From: an uncultured Flavobacteriales bacterium
GTDB lineage: Bacteria > Bacteroidota > Bacteroidia > Flavobacteriales_D > JABDKJ01
Assembly (NCBI GenBank): GCA_964429805.1
Contig: CAYSDH010000007.1
Coordinates: forward strand, 7,923 to 71,922
Direction of reading: 5' to 3'
Length of the DNA: 64,000 bases
Position 1 is the stretch's first letter. Every line of letters begins with the position of its first letter. Positions 27,910 to 37,148 of this stretch are shown one piece after another. The notes beneath the pieces were generated by a model that did no database searches, was not told the origin of the DNA, and saw nothing but the letters and a program-made list of their open reading frames with translations. The translations under genes were made by a program, and so were the position numbers.

Positions 27910-29049
27910 GGAAGAGAAGGCTTGCTCCATATCCTGGATCAAGTCCTCTATGTCTTCCACACCGATACTTAAACGAATAAGGGAATCGACCACACCGGTC
28001 TTTTCCCTTTCTTCTTTTGGTATAGACGCGTGCGTCATAGAAGCTGGATGACCTATTAGAGACTCCACACCACCAAGTGATTCGGCCAAAGCAAACAGCT
28101 TGGTAGACTCTGCCACTTTCTTGGCCTTATCATAGTCATTTCCAACCATGCTAAACGAGACCATGCCGCCATAGGCACGCATCTGTCTTTTAGCCACTTC
28201 ATGATTAGGATGGTCTTCAAATCCTGGCCAGAATACTTTATCAACCGCTGGGTGAGCCTTTAGCCAATGTGCTATTTTCTCTCCATTTTCAGCATGTCTC
28301 TGCATTCTCAAGTGCAATGTCTTGATACCTCGCAGCACTAAGAAACAGTCTTGTGGACCAGCAACGGCTCCGCAGGTATTTTGAAGTCTTGCCATCTCAG
28401 AGGCCAAGTGGTCATCATTAGTCATGGTAGCTCCCATCACTACATCAGAATGCCCTCCTAAGTACTTAGTAACCGAGTGCATGATGATAGTTGCACCGTG
28501 ATCTAAAGGGTTTTGCAAGTAAGGTGACGCAAACGTATTGTCCACTACCAAGATGACGCCAGCCTCTTTGGCGATATTGGCCATCAGCTCAATATCAATG
28601 ATGTTAATCATCGGGTTGGTTGGTGTCTCTACCCATATCATTTTGGTATTCTCGTTGACCAGGCTTTTTACCTTCTCAGCATCCATAAGCGGGTCAAAGT
28701 GAAACTTGACTCCATACTGCTCATACACAGTAGTGAATATGCGGTACGTACCTCCGTACAAATCGCTCGTACTGATTACCTCATCTCCAGGCTGAAGCAG
28801 TTTGATAATCACATCTGTAGCCGCCATTCCGCTAGCAAAGACAAGGCCGTGCTTCGCGTTTTCTAGGGCCGCAAGGTTTTTCTGTAAGGCATCACGAGTT
28901 GGGTTTTGGGTACGTGAGTATTCGTATCCTTTGTGATTACCTATGCCGTCTTGCACATAAGTAGATGTCTGATAGATGGGAGTCATGATAGCCCCTGTTG
29001 TAGGGTCTGGCTCGACACCAGCATGAATGGCTTTTGTTCCGAACTTCAT
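27904..29049 (-). CDS. Cys/Met-metabolism PLP-dependent enzyme (cystathionine gamma-synthase / beta-lyase / gamma-lyase family)
   Basis: 381 aa, PLP-lysine motif HSVTKYLGGHSD, family-typical N-terminus MKFGTKAIHAG. Confidence 0.85.
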   Translation of the reverse strand: MKFGTKAIHAGVEPDPTTGAIMTPIYQTSTYVQDGIGNHKGYEYSRTQNPTRDALQKNLAALENAKHGLVFASGMAATDVIIKLLQPGDEVISTSDLYGGTYRIFTTVYEQYGVKFHFDPLMDAEKVKSLVNENTKMIWVETPTNPMINIIDIELMANIAKEAGVILVVDNTFASPYLQNPLDHGATIIMHSVTKYLGGHSDVVMGATMTNDDHLASEMARLQNTCGAVAGPQDCFLVLRGIKTLHLRMQRHAENGEKIAHWLKAHPAVDKVFWPGFEDHPNHEVAKRQMRAYGGMVSFSMVGNDYDKAKKVAESTKLFALAESLGGVESLIGHPASMTHASIPKEEREKTGVVDSLIRLSIGVEDIEDLIQDMEQAFSSL

Positions 29050-29093
29050 AATTATACAGATTAATTAGGGGCGCAAATGTACGTGAAAGTGGC

Positions 29094-30251
29094 TCACGAT
29101 GCTGCCTTCTTGAGTGCTGTCCTTTTCAGCCATCGGGGCAAGACGAGCACTCCACCAATCAAGTATGGGAAGTAGGTCATGAGTCTCCAAAGTATAGCCA
29201 GCAGGCCAACTAATGCGAGGGGCACAATAGACTCACCAAAAAATTTGGAAAACGCGTACTCAGCCAAACCTGTGCCGCCTGGGGTTGGCGAGATGAGCAT
29301 AATCATCCACATCATCAGCTGCTTGGCATATACGAAGACATGGTCTTCGATGTCTACCACCATCATAATCAGGCAGTTTAAGAGAATAAAACGTGCTGTC
29401 CATGAAGCAAATGTTGCGGCAAGCCCTTTGCCCCAATACGAAAACGGTTTTGTTCTCAACTCCTTGCTGGTCACCATCAGGTCATCTCCCCACTTGATGA
29501 TGTGATAACGCCACTTTCTGAGCAGCGGCAAGCTAAATATCTTGAGTAGCACAAATCGAAACACGCGTGGTCTAATGAGCACCGCGAAAATGAGCGTGCA
29601 GAGTATGAAAAAGGTGAGTGTATAACCAAACCAGAAGACGCCTTCGGCATTGAGGGTCATGCCCATTATGTCTGTCGTCCAATCTGCTGGAAAGAGTCCG
29701 TCAGTATTGATTAGCAGCAAGGCCATGGGCACCATTGAGATGTAAAAGAACTCATCCATCATGGCGGTAATCATCACAATGGCTGTGCTCTTTCCTAGAT
29801 TAAGCCCTTCTCGCTTCAAGAAGAAAATGGCCACGCCTGACCCGCCAACTACTGATGGTGTAAGTGCCGAGGCAAATTCCCAAAGCATGACCACGTCAAA
29901 ACTTTCGCGCCAACTCAAAAACCTGTCAGTCAGCACGCGGAGTCTATACATGTAGCCACTCACACGTATAAGCAGGCAGCACACCGCGAGCAGAAAGAAG
30001 AAGAGGGCTCGCCCTGACCAATCTATTTCTGACAAGGTATCTGAGAAAGTGAGCATCTTGTAGGTGCCCTCGTCACTGAGCACGAATTCAGATTTGTCAT
30101 GGGCATCCACTTTGCCATTGGCATTCTGATCGACCCACGCATAGGCTGCATCAACTGAAGACTCGACAAAACGCACCTCGGTGATGCTGTTGTACAACAA
30201 GTAACCCGCCACCACGAAAAAAATCAGGCTAGGTATCATCACCTTGCGCAT
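29094..30251 (-). CDS. Flippase-like / lysylphosphatidylglycerol-synthase TM-region (UPF0104) family membrane protein
   Basis: Polytopic membrane protein. The C-terminal PTPGGTGLAEY motif resembles the UPF0104 family. Start placed at ATG 30251 (MRKVMIPSLIFFVVAG). The first loop carries an EF-hand-like DQNANGKVDAHD. Confidence 0.6.
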   Translation of the reverse strand: MRKVMIPSLIFFVVAGYLLYNSITEVRFVESSVDAAYAWVDQNANGKVDAHDKSEFVLSDEGTYKMLTFSDTLSEIDWSGRALFFFLLAVCCLLIRVSGYMYRLRVLTDRFLSWRESFDVVMLWEFASALTPSVVGGSGVAIFFLKREGLNLGKSTAIVMITAMMDEFFYISMVPMALLLINTDGLFPADWTTDIMGMTLNAEGVFWFGYTLTFFILCTLIFAVLIRPRVFRFVLLKIFSLPLLRKWRYHIIKWGDDLMVTSKELRTKPFSYWGKGLAATFASWTARFILLNCLIMMVVDIEDHVFVYAKQLMMWMIMLISPTPGGTGLAEYAFSKFFGESIVPLALVGLLAILWRLMTYFPYLIGGVLVLPRWLKRTALKKAAS

Positions 30252-30357
30252 GCTCAATTTCTCTCGTATCTCTTTTTCTTCGATGATGATTGCTTTCAGA
30301 CGAAAGTAAGAAAGCAATCCTTGTCTTCTTGATGCTTGGCACGGACTTTAAGCGCCT

Positions 30358-30365
30358 TATCTTTG
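30358..30365 (+). promoter_or_regulatory. Candidate promoter: -7 TATCTTTG with CTTG 20 nt upstream
   Basis: Exact TAnnTTTG match ending 11 nt before ATG 30377. A TTG at 30335..30337 gives a 20-nt spacer, close to the reported TTTG-N19-21-TAnnTTTG architecture. Confidence 0.45.
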
Positions 30366-30376
30366 CGTTAGTCTCT

Positions 30377-32008
30377 ATGCTTAACAAACTCACACTCATA
30401 CTCGCGCTATTTCTGTCATTCACGAATGCGCGTGGTCAGCAGACTGTGGGTCTGTTGGAGTATAACGAAGGCTCTCAAACGGGATACACACTGCTTGCGC
30501 CAATGTATTCTCCCCGTGTTTTCTTGCTTGACAACTGTGGCGAAGTTGTCCATCACTGGACCTGCAGCACACGGCCTGGCTTGAGCACTTATCTGCAAGA
30601 AGATGGACTGTTGCTGCGCACAGGAGTCGTGTCAGGCACACCCTATGGCGGAGGGGGCATAGGTGGGCTCATTGAGCGATACAACTGGGATGGCTCTCTT
30701 AACTGGTCATACACACTAGCTAATGACAGCATGCACGCGCATCACGATGTCGCATTGATGCCCAATGGCAATATTCTTGTCTTGCTCTGGGGCTATATCT
30801 CAGAATCTGATGCGATTAGTCAGGGCAGAATAGGCAACATAGACGATGCTGGACTTTGGCCACCCATGGTGATGGAAATCGCACCCATCGGGGTAGATAG
30901 CGCAGAAGTGGTGTGGCAGTGGAACATGAAAGACCACCTCATACAGAATGTCAATCCAAATTTGCCCAACTATGGTGCGCTTTCTGATCACCCAGAGTTG
31001 ATGGATATTAATTATTACTTCCCCTCAAACACATTTTCTGATTGGCTGCACTGCAACTCGATAGACTACAATGCCAATTTAGATCAGGTCTTGATCTCAT
31101 CCAGAAATCTCAGTGAAGTGTTTGTCATAGACCACAGCACCACTACTGAAGAGGCTCAAGGACACAGCGGAGGTGCAAGCGGCCTAGGCGGAGACTTGCT
31201 ATACAGATATGGCAATCCGCAAAATTATGGGCGAGGTGAGGCTGCCGACCAAGTGCTCTTCCTCCAACATGACGCCCAATGGATTAAAGATGGTCTGCCT
31301 GGCGCAGGGTCAATATTGCTTTTTAACAATGAAGGCAGTTCAGACTCCATGTCTTCTGTAGACACATACCTTCCGCCTCTCAATAATCTAGGTCAGTACG
31401 ACATCATGGATGATGCACCCTATGGGCCGAGCAATGCCTCTTGGATCTATGACAACGAGGACTTTTTCTCGTCAAATATCTCAGGTGCGCAGCGCTTAGA
31501 AAATGGGAACACGCTCATCTGCTCTGGGCGAGAAGGACGTCTGTTTGAAGTAAGCGATACAGGTACTATACTTTGGGAATATGTGAACCCTGTGGTACTT
31601 CCAGACTTTGTGCTACCACAAGGCACCGAGCCAGAGCTCAATCATGTTTTTCAGGCGCTTCGCTACCCGCCTTCATATGCTGCTTTTGATGGCCAAGAAC
31701 TTGTGTCTGAAGGTCCACTAGAGATGGAACCGATTACTTCAGAATGTGTGTCACTTAGCGCTTCAGGGGCCCAGGCTTTGGACTTTGAATGGCGTGTGTT
31801 TTCAGAACACCTTGAGATACACACGCCCATCTTTAATGGACAGTGGAGCGCAGAATTAATAGACCTGACAGGAAAACAGCTTACTGTGCAGACTGATGCC
31901 TCAGAAACAAAACGAATCTCTATGAGCGGGCGAGCCGCTGGCTTGTATGTGATCACTGTGTCAAATCAAGCACACAGGGTGTCTCACAAGATATTTTGGG
32001 CGGAATAA
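30377..32008 (+). CDS. Arylsulfotransferase (ASST)-like beta-propeller protein with T9SS type-A C-terminal domain
   Basis: Start at ATG 30377 (MLNKLTLILALFLSFTNARGQ signal). GLLEYNEGSQTGYTLLAP...LLDNCGEVVHHW resembles arylsulfotransferase-family N-termini. C-terminal AGLYVITVSNQAHRVSHKIFW is CTD-like. Confidence 0.6.
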   Translation: MLNKLTLILALFLSFTNARGQQTVGLLEYNEGSQTGYTLLAPMYSPRVFLLDNCGEVVHHWTCSTRPGLSTYLQEDGLLLRTGVVSGTPYGGGGIGGLIERYNWDGSLNWSYTLANDSMHAHHDVALMPNGNILVLLWGYISESDAISQGRIGNIDDAGLWPPMVMEIAPIGVDSAEVVWQWNMKDHLIQNVNPNLPNYGALSDHPELMDINYYFPSNTFSDWLHCNSIDYNANLDQVLISSRNLSEVFVIDHSTTTEEAQGHSGGASGLGGDLLYRYGNPQNYGRGEAADQVLFLQHDAQWIKDGLPGAGSILLFNNEGSSDSMSSVDTYLPPLNNLGQYDIMDDAPYGPSNASWIYDNEDFFSSNISGAQRLENGNTLICSGREGRLFEVSDTGTILWEYVNPVVLPDFVLPQGTEPELNHVFQALRYPPSYAAFDGQELVSEGPLEMEPITSECVSLSASGAQALDFEWRVFSEHLEIHTPIFNGQWSAELIDLTGKQLTVQTDASETKRISMSGRAAGLYVITVSNQAHRVSHKIFWAE

Positions 32009-32074
32009 ATTCCCATTTTTTGGCTGGGGCCTCGTATATTCAGCGGCCAATCAGACCGCTCCATTCCTTTAGCC

Positions 32075-33467
32075 ATGTTGTTTAACACCATAGAGTATCT
32101 CTTCTTTTTGCCTTCTGTAGTTATACTGTACTACATGGTCTCCTATCAATACAGATGGATGCTGCTACTCTTGGCTAGCTATCTTTTTTATGCCAGTTGG
32201 AATCCCGCTTATCTTGCTCTAATCATAGGCTCAACGCTGGTAGATTATTTCTGCGGTTTAAGAATGGAGCAAGCAAAAACTAAAAAGCAGCGCTTTCCTT
32301 TTCTGATTCTCAGCCTCTGCATTAATCTAGGTTTACTCTTGACCTTCAAGTACCTTGACTTTTTCTTTGGTTCGGTGAACTCCCTGTTTGCAAGTGACTT
32401 TCCACTTTTTAATCTTCTCCTGCCTGTCGGCATCTCGTTCTATACCTTTCAGACTCTCAGCTACTCCATAGATGTATACAAAGGCAGGCTGCGTGCGGAG
32501 CGACACTTAGGATATTTTGCCCTCTATGTGTCATTCTTTCCGCAACTAGTTGCTGGACCTATTGAACGATTTTCATCACTTACACCTCAGTTTAAAAAGG
32601 ACCATGCACTCAGTAAGACGAACCTAGCCAATGGACTGCGCCTAATTTTTTTGGGCTTTTCATCAAAATGGTCATCGCAGATAATCTGTCTGTCTTTGTA
32701 GACCAAGTATATGAGGCACCATCTGGATATAGCGGCTTAGAAATACTGCTTGGTATGGGCTTTTATTCATTTCAGATTTACGCTGATTTTTTTGGCTACT
32801 CCATCATTGCTATAGGCAGTGCGCGACTGCTTGGGGTTAAGTTGATGGACAATTTTAAAACCCCATACCTCTCTTTAGGTATCGGAGAGTTTTGGCAGCG
32901 ATGGCACATCTCACTCTCGACTTGGTTTAGAGACTACCTCTACTTCCCGATGGGCGGCAATAGGGTTGCTATATGGCGATGGTTGTATAACATATTTACC
33001 GTGTTTTTACTTAGTGGTATTTGGCATGGTGCAAATTGGACCTTTGTCTTTTGGGGCGGGCTTTATGCCTTGGTCTATGTCATTGAGAACAGGCTAGATA
33101 GTGTATGTGACACATCGGCTAAACCATCGTTTTTAAAGCGACTAATCCTCACTGCAAAAACATTTATACTCGTCACACTAATTTGGGTCTTTTTCAGAAG
33201 TCCAAGTATTACTGTTGCCTTTGAGATGTTTGGCGCAGTCTGGTCCAACCTGAGCTTGCCGAGTTCATCTTTACAGGTGCTTGCAGTTATCTGGCTTACG
33301 TTAGGAGCTTTTATTCTCAGTGACTTCTTATGTACAATAAGAGGTTTGATACGGTCATTTCAGCATTGAGTATGCCCGTAAGGTGGTCTGTTTATGCCTT
33401 TCTCCTTTTCGCAGTTTGTTCTTTTTCAGGTGTTATCGATCATCCTTTCATCTACTTCCAATTCTGA
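32075..33467 (+). pseudogene. MBOAT-family (AlgI/DltB-like) membrane O-acyltransferase broken by two single-base frameshifts
   Basis: Three frame segments. 32075..32701 (frame 2) carries LPVGISFYTFQTLSY and FFPQLVAGPIER. 32668..33369 (frame 1) carries MVIADN, WHISLSTWFRDYLY and GIWHGANWTF. 33324..33467 (frame 0, below the track's size cutoff) reads MYNKRFDTVISALSMPVRWSVYAF...HPFIYFQF. Junctions lie at the T7 run 32646..32652 and near 33324..33330. Confidence 0.8.
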
Positions 33468-34955
33468 ATGAACAAGGACATTGCTACATATCTTGGTTCT
33501 CGCCTCATCCTGTTATTGATTCTGTTTGTCATTCTCAATCAGATTTATGTCGTCTTCTTTTTAGAGTCAGACTTGCAGAAACATTGCAAGGCGATTGGGA
33601 AAATTAGAGCAGTTGATTCAGACACTGACATTCTCTATTTAGGAGAGTCGTCAAACACAGCCTTTCGTCAGGATGATGTTGACACTAGACCAATCAGTGC
33701 TATGATTCATGATTTTTATCCTGAGCTAAAGGTGAAAAACGTGACGTATGAGGCTAGTCACGCAGGAATTTATCTCAGCTTGCTCGAAAACATTAGTCTT
33801 GAAAATGAAAACCCGGTGGTCATTGTGACCATGAATATGCGATCCTTTAACGCACGGTGGATACATTCCAAGCTAGAAAACGCGCTTCGAAAGAGCACAC
33901 TGCTATTAGAAAATCGTCCGGCCATTGTTAATCGCTTATTGATGGGGCTTAGTGCGTATCAATCTGGAACCGAAGCCGAGATCCTTGAGGAGATACAAGA
34001 GCACTGGAAGAATGATGTGATCCGCTCTGAACTGGAGCTGAACTATGAGTCAATCTATGAGTGGAATCGAGCGATTGCCATCAACGGTGTTCTTGATTCA
34101 TTGGGAAAGTGGGATGAAGCAAAAACCCAGTTAAGCGCTCATTATGTGAAGACGTATGCTTTTTCTATTGACACGCTGACTAACCCACGCATCAAGGATT
34201 TTGATGCAATTATTTCACTTTCCAAAAAGCGAGGATGGAAACTGGTGTTCAACCTTATGGCTGAAAACACCGAAAAAGCCGCAGCACTGCACGGCAATCA
34301 ATTACTGTCTTTGATGGAGTCTAACAGAGATCTCCTGCATAGTTATTTCAGTCGCAAAGGAGTGTTGGTGGTTGACAATCTAGAGTTAGTGTCAGACGAG
34401 CAATTTATAGATCAGGATTGGACCACTGAGCACTACGCCCAGAAAGGTAGAATGAAGATTGCTCAGCACGTGTCCAGCTCCATGAGTCCATTTTTAGCTG
34501 CTTATTACCGAGAAGAGGGTCGCCTTGCTGAGCTGGCTCTAGCAGGTGAAAAATCGCACAGCTGGAATGCTCAAGATCACTTTGAAAAAGGTCACGAGTA
34601 CAACAATATGACTGAGGTCTCTACAGGTGCAGGAGTCGAATTTGGCTGCACGTTTCAGCGCAAAGATGTGGACCTTGTTGCGCTTGGTGCGACTACAGTT
34701 CAAGTAAAAATCATGGCCTCCAGTAAGACCCTAAATGATCAGGCAAGCATGGTGCTGGAATTAGTTGGGACGGCACGTGGATATATTTTTGATTCTAAAC
34801 CAATGAAGATTAGTGGGTCTGATTCTTGGGCTAATTATGAAATTGAATTTAATCTGCCCCCAGACATTGCCACCGCTGAGGCTCTAAAAGTGTATGTCGA
34901 TAACCCCTCCGATATTCAAGTTAAGGTCAAAGACATTTCCCTCATTTTTAATTAA
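33468..34955 (+). CDS. Membrane-anchored SGNH/AlgJ-AlgX-like putative O-acyltransferase partner with C-terminal CBM-like beta-sandwich
   Basis: ATG directly abuts the MBOAT stop (TGAATG). N-terminal TM (LILLLILFVILNQIYVVFFL), GDS-like block ILYLGESSN, and DWTTEHYAQKG resembling the DxxH(W/Y)xxxG block. The last ~130 aa end KVYVDNPSDIQVKVKDISLIFN, typical of CBM jelly-rolls. Assignment is by motif resemblance only. Confidence 0.5.
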   Translation: MNKDIATYLGSRLILLLILFVILNQIYVVFFLESDLQKHCKAIGKIRAVDSDTDILYLGESSNTAFRQDDVDTRPISAMIHDFYPELKVKNVTYEASHAGIYLSLLENISLENENPVVIVTMNMRSFNARWIHSKLENALRKSTLLLENRPAIVNRLLMGLSAYQSGTEAEILEEIQEHWKNDVIRSELELNYESIYEWNRAIAINGVLDSLGKWDEAKTQLSAHYVKTYAFSIDTLTNPRIKDFDAIISLSKKRGWKLVFNLMAENTEKAAALHGNQLLSLMESNRDLLHSYFSRKGVLVVDNLELVSDEQFIDQDWTTEHYAQKGRMKIAQHVSSSMSPFLAAYYREEGRLAELALAGEKSHSWNAQDHFEKGHEYNNMTEVSTGAGVEFGCTFQRKDVDLVALGATTVQVKIMASSKTLNDQASMVLELVGTARGYIFDSKPMKISGSDSWANYEIEFNLPPDIATAEALKVYVDNPSDIQVKVKDISLIFN

Positions 34956-35024
34956 TTCTGACGGTGACAAGAGAAGCACATCGTGCCTGAAAATTGTCCT
35001 GCTAGAGAGAGAAAAAATCACACA

Positions 35025-35387
35025 ATGAATAAGATATACCACCTCGGCAACTGCGGCACATGCCAAAAGATAATCGCTCAGCTAAATGATATTGACTCTT
35101 TTGAGCAACAAGAAATAAAAACCGAAAGCATCAGCCCTGAGCAGTTAGACCAGATGAAGGCGATGGCCGGTTCGTACGAAGCACTGTTTAGCCGAAGAGC
35201 TATGAAATACAGAAGCATGGGGCTCAACGAGCAAGAGCTCAGCGAGAAGGATTATCGAAAATATATACTTGAAGAGTACACGTTTTTGAAGCGACCAGTC
35301 ATCATTATTGACGAAGACATATTCGTGGGCAACGCCAAGAAAAATGTGGAAAGTGCTGTAAGGAGGTCTGCTCAAATAGCCAGCTAA
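35025..35387 (+). CDS. ArsC/Spx/YffB-family thioredoxin-fold protein
   Basis: MNKIYHLGNCGTCQK (CxxC) plus LKRPVII. Start moved to ATG 35025. Confidence 0.7.
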   Translation: MNKIYHLGNCGTCQKIIAQLNDIDSFEQQEIKTESISPEQLDQMKAMAGSYEALFSRRAMKYRSMGLNEQELSEKDYRKYILEEYTFLKRPVIIIDEDIFVGNAKKNVESAVRRSAQIAS

Positions 35388-35405
35388 TCGCTGTACTTTC
35401 GGCCC

Positions 35406-36341
35406 ATGGCGAAAAGCACGCTTACGGCTCATCTTGCGCTTTTTGGAGTCGCTCTAATATATGGGTCTAACTATGTGATTGCGAAAGGAATCATGCCCGA
35501 CATAGTAGGCCCTTCTGGCTTCATTTTTTTGAGGGTATACGGAGCGAGTATTCTATTTCTATCCGTCATTTTCATCTTGAGAAAAAAGATGCCTGACAAA
35601 AAGGACTTAGGTCGTCTGGCACTCTGTGGACTGTTTGGTATCGCCATTAATCAGCTGATGTTTTTCAATGGCTTGAGTCGCACTACGGCCATTAACAGTG
35701 CCATTATCATGACCACCACGCCAATTATTGTCTTGATATTGAGTGCCATTATTCTCAAAGAGAGGGTAACCTCCAGGAAGATTATCGGCATCATTTTCGG
35801 AGCGGTAGGAGCAATCGGTCTTGTTGTTTTAAGTGCCAGAGGAAATCTACCTGGCGTTTCTGTCACGGGCGATTCTATGATCTTGATTAATGCCATCTCG
35901 TTTTCGCTGTATCTCGTCATCGTCAAACCGCTTATGTCAAAGTATGATCCGATAACCGTCATCTCTTGGGCCTTCTTTTTTGGCGCCATCTACATCTTGC
36001 CATTTAGTCTGGGTCAAGCCATGGAAATTGACTGGCCAGCATTGGAGCCGCAGCAACTTTTTAGCATCATTTATGTCGTAGTGGTAGCCACTTTTGTGGT
36101 GTATCTGCTCAACGTGTTTGCGCTGAGCATACTCAGCCCCAATATCGTGTCAAGCTATATCTACCTCCAGCCGGTAGTCACCCTTGGGTTTGGCTTTCTG
36201 TTTTTTTCGCTTGGCTTATTTGACGCCAAGAGGCCAGCGTTTAGTGTGGGCACTGCAGTGTGTACAGGGTTGATTTTCGTAGGCGTGTACTTGGTGGGGA
36301 GAAAGGCCAAGAAGGAAAACCTGCCATCAGCTGCGAGGTAA
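35406..36341 (+). CDS. EamA/DMT-superfamily transporter
   Basis: 311 aa, ~10 TM segments in two similar halves. Confidence 0.8.
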   Translation: MAKSTLTAHLALFGVALIYGSNYVIAKGIMPDIVGPSGFIFLRVYGASILFLSVIFILRKKMPDKKDLGRLALCGLFGIAINQLMFFNGLSRTTAINSAIIMTTTPIIVLILSAIILKERVTSRKIIGIIFGAVGAIGLVVLSARGNLPGVSVTGDSMILINAISFSLYLVIVKPLMSKYDPITVISWAFFFGAIYILPFSLGQAMEIDWPALEPQQLFSIIYVVVVATFVVYLLNVFALSILSPNIVSSYIYLQPVVTLGFGFLFFSLGLFDAKRPAFSVGTAVCTGLIFVGVYLVGRKAKKENLPSAAR

Positions 36342-36387
36342 TAAGGGACTGGATTAATCCGTTATACAGCGTCCCAATTACCATTCG

Positions 36388-37131
36388 ATGAACGCTGTGC
36401 GCCTCCACCCCTATTTTTTCAGTTTTATTCTCTTCTCCATCAGTGTTGGCGCAATAGCCCAAGACGAAGGGGGAAATGCCATTCACCGATTCTCAGTGTA
36501 CAGCAATTTTTCTACTGATTTTGACCCCGAGGTTTTTGATTCTGGTCAGTTTTCAGAAGAGCCTCTGTCATTCATAAAATCTGACTTTGAGCTTGGCTAC
36601 ATATCACTTGCATACACACGAATCATAGGTGACGGAAAGGCTCAGGGTATAGAATTATCAAGACTTAAAATTAGCAGAGAACTCAAAAGTGCACCCGTTG
36701 TGGTTGACAGTCTTGGCATACGAACGCGAACCATCCGTGAGGCAGATGTGAGACTCGCTTTTCGATACATCTATTCTGTTGAGGTTGTTAGTGGCTTTGG
36801 CAAAAATGATGATTGGAGGCTATCACTAGGTGCAGCGCTACGTCCATACCTGCACCAATTTTCCCTAAGCCCTAGTGCAACACAAGTCTTGAACACTGTT
36901 CGCACAGAGTTTGGAATTGGATGTCAACTAATACCTCATCTCGAACGAAGTTTAAAGGGACCATTTCACTTAGAGATTGATATCCCTATTAATTTAGTTC
37001 AGGTTGAATGGGATTCGGATTCTGAGGCCAATCCAAGAATACCGATACGGCATCGAAGAAGTACTGCTTTTAACTCCAGCCTTTTTCCTAAAAAGTTTGC
37101 TTTGAGGGCTGGTATAGGTTACTCATTTTGA
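36388..37131 (+). CDS. Hypothetical outer-membrane beta-barrel-like protein
   Basis: Signal-like FFSFILFSISVGAIAQ, alternating-hydrophobicity strands, C-terminal RAGIGYSF with terminal Phe. Confidence 0.45.
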   Translation: MNAVRLHPYFFSFILFSISVGAIAQDEGGNAIHRFSVYSNFSTDFDPEVFDSGQFSEEPLSFIKSDFELGYISLAYTRIIGDGKAQGIELSRLKISRELKSAPVVVDSLGIRTRTIREADVRLAFRYIYSVEVVSGFGKNDDWRLSLGAALRPYLHQFSLSPSATQVLNTVRTEFGIGCQLIPHLERSLKGPFHLEIDIPINLVQVEWDSDSEANPRIPIRHRRSTAFNSSLFPKKFALRAGIGYSF

Positions 37132-37148
37132 AGACGGTTTATTGGCAA

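Noticed and set aside
33383-33607. 74-aa track ORF spanning the MBOAT / partner-gene junction
   Set aside because: It is out of frame with both neighbours. The correct reading of 33324..33467 is frame 0 (the MBOAT C-terminus ending FIYFQF), and 33468 onward belongs to the 495-aa gene.
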